A stretch of DNA of 64,000 bases from Podarcis tiliguerta (Eukaryota), in the NCBI GenBank assembly GCA_965153285.1, contig OZ229115.1; one strand, 5' to 3'. The notes beneath the pieces were generated by a model. It was not told the origin of the DNA, made no database searches, and saw only the letters and a list, made by a program, of their open reading frames with translations. The position numbers and the translations under genes were made by a program. Shown in pieces: positions 37,607 to 49,625 of the stretch. Position 1 is the first letter of the stretch, and each line of letters starts with the position of its first letter.

Positions 37607-38267
37607 AGCACACAACTACTGGAGACTAGAGATATAAGCAACTCTCATTTGCCGGTCAAGTACTGAAGTACAAATATGCTAAGAGATGACATTTAATACT
37701 TACAAGCTCCAGCTTATTTTTTTAAAATTCTAATCAACTATTTAAATTATTATGACTTTATCAGTAGGGCATAGTCAATGCCATCTCAGTGCCTCAAACT
37801 GTCTACTCCTATTCAAAGTTAAGTGCAGATTCAATGATCAATGGCATAGTACTATCCATTATCCAGAACTCTTTGACAAAGCATTTTCTGCAAACACCTT
37901 AACAGATTTTGGGAGGACAGCACCGACCACTGAAAGCAGTATTGAAAAAGCAAGGATATCCAGGTTGCACTGCAGTTTTGGCACCTCTTTGTGTAGGATG
38001 TGCGAAGAAAGGCTTATGGAAGTGGAAAGGTAACAGGAAAAAACCCTTGCTGCAATTTATTCAACATCATACACAGAAAGAAGGCAAACAACCTAGTGTA
38101 ATTTATGTTGTCCTCACAGTATTTGGAATAGCTGCTCAAATACTACTATTGAGAGCACCACTTACAGTATTTATACTGGTATTAAATGTATACTGAGTGG
38201 AGAATACTTAAAGGCTAGTTCTCGCACAGATGGAAGGTTCCACTTCAGAATATTTATTTCAACTAAC

Positions 38268-38365
38268 CTCAAGCCACCTGCTCTGAGAAAATTTTCGCAG
38301 AAAGATTTGGCACAATTTCTTGCCATTTCATCATCCGCTGTAGGCATTAGCTTGGAACTCAGGAC
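38268..38365 (-). CDS. USP24: USP24 exon 32
   Basis: VLSSKLMPTADDEMARNCAKSFCENFLRAGGL. Confidence 0.93.
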
Positions 38366-39448
38366 CTGAAAAATATTCAGACTTTAGGTAAGTGGCAGAG
38401 TTTCAATGGAGCAATACACTAAGCCCCTCTCTCACCCACAGGCAAAGTATGCTCAGCTGAGCAAGAGTTCATATTACACTCTAACACTGCTACTCAGAAT
38501 TAACTCACCTTCCTACGGCACTTGGTCATCTGAATTCAATGAGACCTTTCAATAATGTTAATTAATTCTTTTATCAACACCTGTTATATAATTAAGAACA
38601 TTAACACAGTCAGAGGTCCTTGAATACTAACAAAGCTTTCATGAAGAGTGTTTCAAGGCCCATGACAATCCCTGTCATTTCAAGAGAGAAGTTATGGTAT
38701 ATTTACATAGTATGTAAAAAGAATGGAAGATAAGGAACTACAAGGTGGTGAGGGAGTGCCATGCGACCTGGTAAACAGATGTTTAGGTGGTTGCAAGAGA
38801 GCAGGATCACTACTATGGAAACCATGCAAAGATAACCCAACTATGGACAACTGGAAACACAGTGTCACTGCAGCAGAGTTTCATCTTAAGAGAATTCAAT
38901 GACTCCTTTTTGTTTCCTAGCACTGTGTGTATTCTGTATGTTGGCATGCGGCTGCAGGTGTTTTTTTTGTTAGTCTGGGCTGCTTTTTATTACTTGCCTT
39001 TCCCCCTTTTGGGGGATGGAGGGTTTTGCATGTTTGTTTTGCCAGCTTTGTTTTGTGTGTGCTGGCATCACCCCATTTTTCTTCTGTGAATGGATATATT
39101 GTGGCATCCTTTATATTTTTTAGTTTTCCAGATGTGTCTCAGGACTTAAAATATTTGAGGACCCAAGCACTAAACTATAGTTTAGCATTAAATGGATGAG
39201 CCTCAACAAATCATTGGGTTCACAGACTGCCTTTTCTCTCTCCTCCTCCGAGTTTGTTGACACTTGCCTAAGTCACATTTTAGTATTATGGTGTAAACCA
39301 GGTCGCTGACTGGAGGCAAAGTTTCATACAGAAAACTTTCCCAACTCTACCTGGAGATGCCAGGAACTGAACATAGGGTCTTCTACATGCAAAACAAAAG
39401 AATTGATATTTGGCCCTACCCCACACTTCCATGCCAATTTACTCTTAC

Positions 39449-39604
39449 CTCAAGATTGTAAAGTACTCTAAAAGTAGACATTCCTGGGGCAAAAGACCTG
39501 AAAAGACTTTCAAGTATTGAAGTAGCGCTAGGCTGGTGTTGATGCTTTGTAGACAAAGAAGGCGACTTTGAAGACTGGGAGTTTGATTCAGAGAGCAATG
39601 TTTT
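39449..39604 (-). CDS. USP24: USP24 exon 31
   Basis: KTLLSESNSQSSKSPSL...ILESLFRSFAPGMSTFRVLYNLE. Confidence 0.93.
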
Positions 39605-40655
39605 CTGAGAAAAGAATAAGCATAGAGAAATACAAATAAGAAGGCAGTTCTGATATACAGTAACATGGTTATATAGCCATGACAGCTAGTCTTTGGAGTC
39701 CTGAACTTCCTAAAAGTAATAAAATCTCTTGCAAGCACCTTTTGCTATATTCTATACCAGGGACAGAGGACTCGTGGCCCTCTCAGTATCGCTGGATTAC
39801 AAGTCCATCCCTGTCTACTGGTGCAGCCGACTCAGGCTGATAGAAATTTGACGTCTGGAGTGCCACAGATTCAAGATCCCTATTCAATACCATAAAGAAC
39901 TATAAAATACAATCTGCAGATTTTTACAAAGTTTATGCCCCACCCTTCTTTTTCGATGCACCCCAGTGTAAATACAATTTCTCTTTAATTAGTATTTTTT
40001 GTAATTTACATTATTATTTTTTAATAGCTGGCATCCATCTGTCTTGGGAGACAATGGAGGAGTGTGCCTTTGGGGGTGAAGTAAAACTCTTGGAAGGTTG
40101 CAGCGTGAGAGATACGGGAGAGACATGTTTTGTGAATGCCAGATTAATTTTAACGTAGTTTGCTAACTTCTATGAAACATGGTTAGGACCCAATGACTAT
40201 TTGCTACTATCCTATATAGGTAGCTAGGCCAGCCATCCTTAAGGGTGAATGTTAAATGAGCCTGTGGCTTAGGAACTTTATGAGTAATAGATTCTGTGCC
40301 AACGTTGAGATGAAGCTAGCAAGCTAATACCCGGCTGTGCTAACATGGCATTTTTCCTGCCCCAGTGGCGATAAGCACATTAGCCATGCTATCTGAATCC
40401 CTAGAAGGAAAGTAATGTGTGCTAAGCAAAGGAATCCCACCCCCCGCCAAAGCAACACATCATTAATAATAAGAGAAATAAAATTAATTTAGCCAGTGAT
40501 GGTTCAATTCTTGCTCCACAATGGCTAGCATTTCCCCAGAATTTTATAATGCCTACAATTTAATGCCCTACCTATTTCTTTCTCCATTCCTTTCAATCCC
40601 AATCTCAATCAGTAAAACTAGACTATGATTGTGTAGTTAACAGAAAAATATATAC

Positions 40656-40749
40656 CTTTCGTCCAAGAGAATCTAGCTGATCAAGAGCTTCCTGAATAGC
40701 TGGGTCAGTAGGAATCAGCAAAAGAAGCCTCCGTACTCTCAAAGTAATC
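40656..40749 (-). CDS. USP24: USP24 exon 30
   Basis: ITLRVRRLLLLIPTDPAIQEALDQLDSLGRK. Confidence 0.93.
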
Positions 40750-40870
40750 CTGAAGAATACAAGAGACATATAATGTACTCAATTTCTGCTGGGCTGGACA
40801 CTATGCCTACTGGTAAATGCTTCCGAAATTTATTTATTTTTGCAGCCACAGTATTTCTACAGTGTCTTAC

Positions 40871-40956
40871 CTTGGCTCTTCTAGGTTCGCAAGCTGGTAC
40901 AGCATGTCAAACACATTACACACAAGAGCCATTACCACTCCAGGGAGGGATTTTTC
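40871..40956 (-). CDS. USP24: USP24 exon 29
   Basis: EKSLPGVVMALVCNVFDMLYQLANLEEP. Confidence 0.93.
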
Positions 40957-41101
40957 CTGAGGATTAAGAACACACAATTAACTCCCCTATTTCTTAAGCA
41001 ATTTGTTAGGGTTCTCAATTTTTAAAAATTGAGCGATATAAATTTAAAACCTGGCCTAGGGATGTCAGCTACTTGCCAACACAAGGCACTGAATCCTGTA
41101 T

Positions 41102-41104
<3 letters not shown>

Positions 41105-41136
<32 letters not shown>

Positions 41137-41153
41137 ACACACACACACACACA
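41105..41153. repeat. Compound (CT)n(CA)n microsatellite
   Basis: Read directly from the sequence. Confidence 0.9.
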
Positions 41154-41710
41154 CGTCTGCAGTGTTGATCTGAAATTCTGCCAAAGAAACCACAGCTTCA
41201 CATTTCCAATACTTTTAACTTTTATGTACAGAGTGGACCAAAACATTACACCTTGGAATTCTAAACTGTGTCATCAAATATAGTGAACAGCAGCAGGGAG
41301 GATGCTTTATACTTTTTCCATTTCTGCTTACAGTTAGAACTACTTCAAACAATTCAGATGCATTCATTTCTGAAATGATCACTGAAATCCTGCATTCATC
41401 AAAATCAGATGAGAAGGGTGTGCTAGCAGTTCCTGCTGGATTTATCAAGCATCTCAATTCAACTGGGAAAAAGTGCAGGATCAGTGTAGTAACTGCATGT
41501 AGCACTAGCTCACTTCAGTTTATTTTCAACTGATTTTCAAATTCTGACAAACTAATTTTATAAAGATTTGAATCACGACTGTCCAATGCAGGGTACAGAG
41601 AAATGGAAGATACTGGAAAGCATTTTTTTAAAGTGAAAAGAAAACAACTTAATTAATGAAAAAGTGTCTTTGTGTGTATGAAATCTATATTTACTCGCCC
41701 CATGTTGTAC

Positions 41711-41881
41711 CTGTTCCATTGCATATGATGAACTGAAGACATTACTACTGTTGCTGGAGCTAGTGGAGGAATCAGCAGAGCTTGCTGATGGGGTTCCACT
41801 TCCTGATGTCTTTACTGTAAGTGCTTGTTCTTCAGAGAAGCCCAACTGGTGAAGTAGCTTCTGATCTTTATTCACTGTTAG
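41711..41881 (-). CDS. USP24: USP24 exon 28 (Ser-rich)
   Basis: LTVNKDQKLLHQLGFSEEQALTVKTSGSGTPS...VFSSSYAMEQ. Confidence 0.93.
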
Positions 41882-41956
41882 CTGAAATACAATATCTTTT
41901 CTTAGCTTCTGCAAACCGTACACATCTAGAATATTGATAAAATCATCCTAACATAC

Positions 41957-42055
41957 CAAGCTGTCATTTGCAAATATCTGTATGTTTTCCACAGGAGCAT
42001 TCAACAGCTTTGCTATCTTCCATCTGACACTCCCTATGATCTCATTGCTATGAGC
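41957..42055 (-). CDS. USP24: USP24 exon 27
   Basis: AHSNEIIGSVRWKIAKLLNAPVENIQIFANDSL. Confidence 0.93.
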
Positions 42056-42413
42056 CTGCAAAAATGAAGTGGAAGTTAGTTCATTCATGTTCTCAGTTCT
42101 AGGAAGTATTATTAGACAGAAACCAGTGACCCATAAGGGAAACTTTTCCACATTATCCTGCAAGCCCCATTTACTCAGCATAACCTTGACAAATGCATCT
42201 CTGGGTTATTTGTGGGGCATAGGAATTTGTTCATTTTTTTCTTCAAAAAATGAAGCCCGGCCTCCCACAAGGTCTGAGGGACAGCGGACCGGTCCCCTGC
42301 TGAAAAAGTTTGCTGACCCCTGCTTTGCATCAACACCCAACTCCCTTTTTGCTGAGAATTTTCACACCTGAAATATGAGTATTTTAAAAGGCAATAAAAT
42401 TGCAAGAGCATAC

Positions 42414-42524
42414 CTCTACTGTAAAGGTATCTTTGGTAGATTCATACATAACATTAAGTGTTAAAAGATGTCCATGAAAGGAGGCACCGTGAGGTAGAAT
42501 AGTACGTGGAACGGAGTAAAGGTC
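42414..42524 (-). CDS. USP24: USP24 exon 26
   Basis: DLYSVPRTILPHGASFHGHLLTLNVMYESTKDTFTVE. Confidence 0.93.
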
Positions 42525-42730
42525 CTGTGGAAAGAAAGTGGTAAAAATGACCTTTGACACAAATGATCAAGGAACAATTTAAAATGTAAACTGGCGTAAG
42601 CTGATCAACTGAACATTTTTATCTGTGTTTTAGCTGTCACAATGATCTGTCCATTATACAGCAAAGACTTCCCCGACCTGGTGTGCTCCAGATATTTTGG
42701 ACATCATCATCGCTGCCCATGCTGGCTGAG

Positions 42731-42853
42731 ACTCAGTGGCAGAACACCTGCTTTGTATGCAGAAGGTCTCTGGTTTAATTCCCAGAAGCTCCAGCTGGGG
42801 CTGGGAATGCTCCTGCTATGAAATCATGAAGAGCCACTGCCTGTCAGTGTAGA
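42731..42853 (+). mobile_element. tRNA-derived SINE (Squam3-like)
   Basis: ctcagtggcagaacacctgctttgtatgcagaaggtctctggtttaattccc...gagccactgcctgtcagtgtaga. Confidence 0.7.
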
Positions 42854-43274
42854 GGCCATGCAGCTCCAAGTCTATGCCTTTGCCACTGCACTGTTCATGG
42901 GTCTTGTCCCTCAGCGAGTTAGCTTGGTGCCGCATGGCCTGTGGGTGGAGAGGGTTGCGGTGGTCCAGAATGGAAATCTTCTCTCCGGCCTGCTCCTAGG
43001 TCATTCAAAGGAGACCCAATTTCGGGTAAAGCTCAGTGTTCTCATTCACTTGGGTAGTAAGCAGGGCCCATGATCAAGGAGCAGAATCCGATCACTGCAT
43101 GCTACTGTTGTTGCAGTGGGCTGTTAAGGGGTAGTAGTAGTAGTAGTTGTTATTATTAGGACTTCTTAGTCACCTTCCAAGGTATAAATTTCTTGCCAAA
43201 ACTTGAGAGACTGGGGCTCCAGGACCAGTTCACTAGATCACTTGCCCTGCCACAGTTCAGCCAAATACAAAAAT

Positions 43275-43607
43275 AGGTAAAGGCAAAGGGTTCAGTCGTG
43301 GCCGACTCTGGGGTTGCGGCGCTCATCTCGCTTTATTGGCCGAGGGAGCCGGCGTACAGCTTCCGGGTCATGTGGCCAGCATGACTAAGCCGCTTCTGGC
43401 GAACCAGAGCAGCACATGGAAACGCCGTTTACCTTCCCACCGGAGCGGTACCGATTTATCTACTTGCACTTCTGACATGCTTTTGAACTGCTAGGTTGGC
43501 AGGAGCAGGGACCAAGCAATGGGAGCTCACTCCGTCGCGGGGATTCGAACCGCCGACCTTCTGATCGGCAAGTTCCAGGCTCTGTGGTTTAACCCACAGT
43601 GCCACCC
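43275..43607 (-). mobile_element. Sauria SINE (lacertid-type), near full length
   Basis: Minus strand begins gggtggcactgtgggttaaaccacagagcc..ggcggttcgaatccccgcgacgg; body gacccggaagctg; acctt-type tail; CpGs retained. Confidence 0.85.
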
Positions 43608-43850
43608 AAAAAAACCAAAAAATGCAAAAATAGCTACTACTAATAAAACTGTAGCCTTTTCAATCCAGTTCTGCGTTGGTTCTCATCCTCCTCACTCTTT
43701 GATGCGGCCCAAAGGTAATAGAAACTTGCTTGCTTAAACAATGAGTCTACAGTGGGATATGTGTGTTATTGGGTTGTTGTTTTTATTTTGGTTATGTATT
43801 TTGTGGTTTTATATTTTGATTTTATTTTGTAAACCACCTTGAGATCTTTG

Positions 43851-44186
43851 GGTCTCAAAGGCAAATCTTAAAAATGTAGTATAAACACTGACAACTGGGA
43901 AACACTGGCCTGCGAGTGCTCCAGTTGGAGAACAGCCTTTACCAAAGGTGTCATGGACTTTGAAGACACCCGAACTCAGGATGCAAGGGAGAAATGTGCT
44001 AAGAGGAAGGCACACTTGGCAAATCCACACTGTGATCAACTCCTGCCCGGGAACCAATGTCTCCACTGTGGAAGGACGTGTGGATCCAGAATTGGCCTCC
44101 ACAGTCACTCACGGACTCATTGTTAAAACCGTGTTTATGGAAGACAATCTTACCTCAGCTATGAGTGATTGCCAAAGAAGAAGAAA
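43851..44186 (+). mobile_element. RTE-clade LINE 3' fragment
   Basis: Reads NTDNWETLACECSSWRTAFTKG...CLHCGRTCGSRIGLHSHSRTHC* (C2H2 finger), with a (GAA)n tail. Confidence 0.75.
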
Positions 44187-44324
44187 ATAGGGCGGTATAT
44201 AAATTCAATAAATAAGAACAATAACAACAATAACAATAGGAGAACTTGAAGCCTAAACTTAGCATTGCACTTACTGGGCTACTCAAACTAAAGGGACATG
44301 GGTACCAAAATTTCTTTTTCTTAC

Positions 44325-44391
44325 CTCTATAGTGATGACGTAGCGTTCTGCCAACAGCAGCAGTCTCTCAATTATTACAAGCTTTGTTGAC
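44325..44391 (-). CDS. USP24: USP24 exon 25
   Basis: STKLVIIERLLLLAERYVITIE. Confidence 0.93.
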
Positions 44392-46256
44392 CTGGAGATT
44401 GCAATCAAAATAAATGGCAGACAGTTGGGTGAGACCTCAGTTGAGCTCCTTGAAAATACCTACCAGCCTGACAAAAGCTACCAACACTATGCCCTGATAG
44501 GTGGCCCAAACAAATTTCTCACTATCAAGGAGTATGCAGAAGCTGGAACTAAGTTTCAAGGTGGCAACAGTCAAGGAGTTAGATTTATTCACTTCTCCTC
44601 CCCACCATCACCTCAGTAACATTTGATTTAAAAAAGAGGAAGTGTGATGTGATGTCTTCACACTGTTTTGCTGTACCTGCTCCACATTACACAATGAAGT
44701 GAAGCAGAGCCAGAGAAATTCCTGAACTGGGTCATAACATATTATGCATTCCAAGTAACAACAGGTTAGTGGTGAAGTACCGGTGGCAGTGGCAGCAAGG
44801 AGGAAAAAAATCATCCTTAATGCATACTTCCAACCCTAGTTTTGCCTAGCGAAAGAAAAGAATGGAGGAGTATAAGTAGTAAACTCAGTCCAGTTTTTCC
44901 TAAACTTTTGTTATTTGGGGCTGACATAATTAAAGATAAACCTGGCAACACACTTTATTATTTCACCTGAAAAATGTTTAAAAAGTGAGGTACAACATAC
45001 ATTTTAAAGAAATGTTAGCGGGGAAGAAGGCGTGAGAGAAGAGCCAATAGCAAAACAGCGCTGCAGATTATTGCAGTTTTTGATGCTATTTTATATCTCC
45101 AATTTGCCCTCCTTCCCCTCAGGGCCAGGGGGAATGTGGTCAGTGCTTGAGGGAAATAGCACCAGCTTCTGCACTTGGCTGTATTCCTGGGCCAATTCAT
45201 CTTTCCATTTATTTAATTAATGTATTGATATCTCACACCTTTCCATGGTAACCGTAAACTCAAGGCAGCTTACAAATAAAAATACAGATGAGACCAAACA
45301 GCCGCAGAAAAAGGGTCACAGAAGCCATATCAGCAACAGAAAACACTTAGATTTAAGAGTTTTACAGTGCTGTTGCTGGTAAACTGCAGCCTCACTGTAG
45401 ACTTCTCCCAATTGCATAAATGACTACTATGCTGTTGTATATTCCCTGAGAAATACTACTAGTACCAACTTTGATCTTCTTTAAGCAGCTGTCCAAATCA
45501 ATTTAATGGAAGTGCACAATATTTGTTCCACGATTACTACACTTGTTTAATACAAATGTATTAAACAACACTTCTTTTTTGGAACTGGAACAGAGCACCA
45601 CTTGATTTTCCAAAAGGTAAACTTAGGGTATATTGTATTGTGCTGTGTTGTATTATTTTCCTTCTCATCACAGGCCAGCATAAGTTGAGCAAACCTTAAA
45701 GAAGTGTTTATTCAACACTTCTTTTTGTAACCAGAGACTTGCATCACCCTTCTGGCAACTACCTTCTGCAGTGAATCCTATTGCAATGTATTTAAAAACA
45801 AAAACAAAAAACCAGAAACGTTCATTTGTGGGGACAAATACATTAAATAAACCTATCCTTTGCAAAGTGTTTATGTATGATGAAGCTGTGGGTGCCAGTT
45901 CTAATTTCGGTAGTTTCTTTGGCCCATATCCATTTCACACACAGACAAGAATACCTGGTTCAGATGTAACATTCTAAAGTTTAGTGGATCAGGAATGTGA
46001 GATATGAGACTCCTCATTACTGAGGTTTCTTTTAACACAAGCAAGCTGGGCAAACTGTGGTTACAGCTAACCACATTATCATGGTTTAAAGAGGATTTCA
46101 TACCATGGTTTTGCACATCTTAGCAAGGCATGGTTACGGAAAACTGAAGGAAGGTGTGATCCTTCAGCACATTCCCAGTCCTCTAAATCATGGTTATCTA
46201 GAACAAACCAACATAGATCATATTTATCTATTCCTAAACCAAAACCAAAACCTTAC

Positions 46257-46372
46257 CTGTATGGAGACTGTACTGATGTTGCCACAGTAGGCATTGCAGT
46301 TGCTGTTAGCATTTTGGTAGCTCTTGTGACAGCATGTGTCAGCGTTGGACCACCAAGTGCTGAACTGGCTGC
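46257..46372 (-). CDS. USP24: USP24 exon 24
   Basis: AASSALGGPTLTHAVTRATKMLTATAMPTVATSVQSPY. Confidence 0.93.
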
Positions 46373-46990
46373 CTAGAATGAAAGGAACATGGTGCTATTT
46401 CTGGATTACAAGGAAGGCCACGTAATGGTGCGGCAACTTCTTCAGCACTGAGAACTTAAACTTTGCCTTTTATCTGAAAAGTAATTTCCTAGCGTCAAGG
46501 CATAACAGGCAGACATCTCTACAAACCTTCATTTTAATGATATTCAAAGAAAGGAGCACTGGCTACTCCCTGTGAATACTCTATCTAGTTAAGATGTTTG
46601 AGGGTTATACCCAAGGCAAGGAAACAGGTAAAAGATCTCTGACTCTAGGCTCCTGGCTCCAGTTCCAACCATGTAAAGAGAGAGAGGGTAAATACAATTC
46701 CAAAAAAAAAAGAATAACTCTACTTGGGTCAAAGGTGGGAGAAAGTTCAGTGTCCCGGGCAAAGACAGGAAAAGAACTGGAGTTGTCTAGGGTCACATGT
46801 CTCCCATGCAGTTCCCTGCTGTCCCAGATAATTAGTGGATATAAGCCAACATGGTGGCTGCTCTATTAACTCCAGTTGAGAATGGGCTTTCTGTACAGTA
46901 CAAGGTGGAATGCTGGAAATTATTTTACAATTATGTAAGAATAAAAAATACAACAGGACATTTTTTTAAAAAAAAAAGATTGACACTTAC

Positions 46991-47044
46991 TTCTAATCTT
47001 GTATAACAATCCGCAATGAATTTTTTGTGGAGTGACACTGAATC
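46991..47044 (-). CDS. USP24: USP24 exon 23
   Basis: DSVSLHKKFIADCYTRLE. Confidence 0.93.
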
Positions 47045-47266
47045 CTGAAAAGAATGAAAAGTGTTAAACTATATTAAAAACATTAATTCACACACATGCA
47101 GAGAGAGCAAGAGTACATACAGAGAACTGCTACTATACACATATTACTGAATTTAAGCATGAGTATGGATAGGAGAAAGAGTGTTGGTAATACAAAAACG
47201 TACACGGTCCATGTCTCTATTCAGACAACCAAAACCATGGCTTGCCATTATGAATGAACAGCGGTA

Positions 47267-47268
<2 letters not shown>

Positions 47269-47303
<35 letters not shown>
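47269..47303. repeat. (CA)n microsatellite, read as (UG)n in the USP24 pre-mRNA
   Basis: Read directly; about 17 units. Confidence 0.9.
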
Positions 47304-47307
<4 letters not shown>

Positions 47308-47941
47308 TCTTCCCCATCCCTCTTCCTTCCTATGCAAAGCAGCATGCAGATGCAGAGAAAGAAGCTCAACTTTGAATCAGTGACAATTTAACTTCAATCA
47401 GTGACAGGTTAACTTCAACTTCGAATCAGTGACAAGCTAATTGTTTGTAGTTTCATAGAAATGCAGCAAACTATCAATTGTCAACAAGTGGAAGCTACTA
47501 ATCTCTTTCCCCCATGCGCGCAAAGGAAGAGGTGGGATTGCACATTTCAGGGGCAATGCTGAGGCATTCTACATTTGTGGAAGAGTGAGGACAGGGACAC
47601 ACCCTCTAACTCCCCAGCCTTGTCACCCTCCTTGAGCTGGAGAAATAACTTCTTTTGCAGCAGAGAGCCTGCTCTACTCATTTTGGCAACCTGTGAGATT
47701 GATCACATGAGGAACCCACATAAATAGAGCAGGCTCTCCACTGCAGAAGCAGCTATCCCTCCAAGTCATGGAGAGCAATGAGGATGGGGTGCCCACATGG
47801 AGCTACCAGGTTAGTCTTCGCTGCCTACTCTCACGTGCTCTTTAAACACAGATGCCGAACGCTGGGTTAGGATCATCTAAAGGCAGCCTACATCTCCTCT
47901 TCTGGGGCAAGTACAGCAACCAAACAATTCAGAGTTGTTAC

Positions 47942-48082
47942 CTTCTTTAGTCTTGGATTTAGATTGATGTAACTATAGTTTATTATTAGCTGAATAGCTT
48001 CATTCGCTATTTCTTCATCAGGTGACTCCATTGCGATCTTCCAAATAAAATCCATTCCTATTAATTCCAGTTTTTCTACATG
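47942..48082 (-). CDS. USP24: USP24 exon 22
   Basis: HVEKLELIGMDFIWKIAMESPDEEIANEAIQLIINYSYINLNPRLKK. Confidence 0.93.
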
Positions 48083-48408
48083 CTAGACAAAATAAAAGAG
48101 AGAGAGACTAAGGTTGTTAGCACCCAGATCAGAGTACACTATTGAAATATTTCACATGTTGCAGAGCTTTATCCTATCACAAACTGAAGATACTATTATT
48201 AATTACAAGTAATAGTAATATAAGGACAAATAAGGACTCCTCTAATTATGTTGGTTAATCCTAGAAAAAGCCCCTCCCTCCCAAGCACGTAAAAGCAAAG
48301 AATTTAACTGTACTGCAAAGAATTTAACTGTTTAATATGAGTAAGTTAAAGAAAAGTGATCTGAGCCCTAAAGCTAATCTTGACTTAGGACAAATTAATG
48401 TACTATAG

Positions 48409-48630
48409 TAGGGTTGTCATATTTCAAAAAGTAAAAACCAGGGCACCCCAAAATGTTGAGATTATTTAAAGGAACCCCCAAAATTGTTGAGCTTTCGTTA
48501 GGGGGAAAAACACGATTTTTTTAATTGACTTGCCTGAGATCCAGGACAAAGTGCTGCCTTTCAGAAATTCCCCTGGATGTCAATTCCGCCTTTGAAATCC
48601 CAGTAATGTCAGGGAAAATCCGTAACTATA
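48409..48630 (+). mobile_element. hAT-like non-autonomous element; related fragment at 57047-57130
   Basis: tagggttgtcatatttcaaaaagtaaaaaccagg versus tagggctgccatatttcaaaaggtgaaaatccgg. Confidence 0.55.
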
Positions 48631-48762
48631 GCTTTGAAGAGCCACATTCTAGCTGCCACTTCCCAATGGTCACTATTTTATAGCGCACACTATTTTTCCA
48701 AATAAACTTGCCAGCTGTGACCTATGAACTGCACTGGAACAAGTTTATAGAAAGCTGCTTAC

Positions 48763-48839
48763 CAGCTGAGTTCCTTGACGTTTCAATCGATGATCACAGA
48801 GGTTCACATTTTCAAAAAAGGTCTTAAACAAACCAAAAC
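48763..48839 (-). CDS. USP24: USP24 exon 21
   Basis: FGLFKTFFENVNLCDHRLKRQGTQL. Confidence 0.93.
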
Positions 48840-49052
48840 CTGTTTTTAAAAATTAACATTTTAAAGGAATTCTGCTATTTTCATTTAAACAAACACAGAA
48901 ACATTACTCATGCAAAATAAAAGCTTTAAAGTCTAACTTCATTAGTCTCTGAAGCTGTTTGCAATCTTCAGCCATTATCAAGCCCCCCAAATTTTATTCT
49001 AAGATATCTGACTATTATACAGAAGGCTGATAAAACAAAAATACTTACATAC

Positions 49053-49164
49053 CATTCATAGTGATTTCATAAGACTCCAATTTAAGAATTTTTTCTTTAA
49101 AAAGCTGCTGCTGCACATCACTCTCGAGATCATGCTGCCCCTTTGTAAACCATTCAAAGCACAT
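49053..49164 (-). CDS. USP24: USP24 exon 20
   Basis: MCFEWFTKGQHDLESDVQQQLFKEKILKLESYEITMN. Confidence 0.93.
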
Positions 49165-49493
49165 CTGTGAAAAGAGTTTACACTATGGTTCACATTCTGT
49201 TTTTAAATGATATATTTTGCATTGCTCTAAAATATCCGACATACTATGGTTTACTCCACGCACCAGAATTTGTTTGAGGATTGCTAACAATTTAAGAAAA
49301 CTCTAGTATCCGTATGATTGAGAATGAACAGCCATTTTTGTCTACTCCCGATAGCCCCTCAAACATTCCTAACAGCACTTGATTTTTCTACAGATTTGTG
49401 AAACGATTTTGTTTTCCTAATGTGTTTTGATTTTAGCCCCAGATCATCTTTAGGATACATTGTTTCCAAGGACATTCAGCAGCAGCATCTCAC

Positions 49494-49625
49494 CTCTCGA
49501 TCTAGTTCACAAACATCTTGGCCTGTCACAAGGCATTCCCAGATTTCCCGAGCACGATTCCATCCTAAGTAAAGCGTAGCCTCTTGGAGAAAAAATGCCA
49601 GAAATTTGAGATGTGCCTCCAAGTA
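49494..49625 (-). CDS. USP24: USP24 exon 19
   Basis: YLEAHLKFLAFFLQEATLYLGWNRAREIWECLVTGQDVCELDRE. Confidence 0.93.

Noticed and set aside
42860-43130. GC-rich block with a short open frame on the minus strand
   Set aside because: No recognisable protein similarity; it sits in a TE cluster and is probably an unidentified repeat fragment
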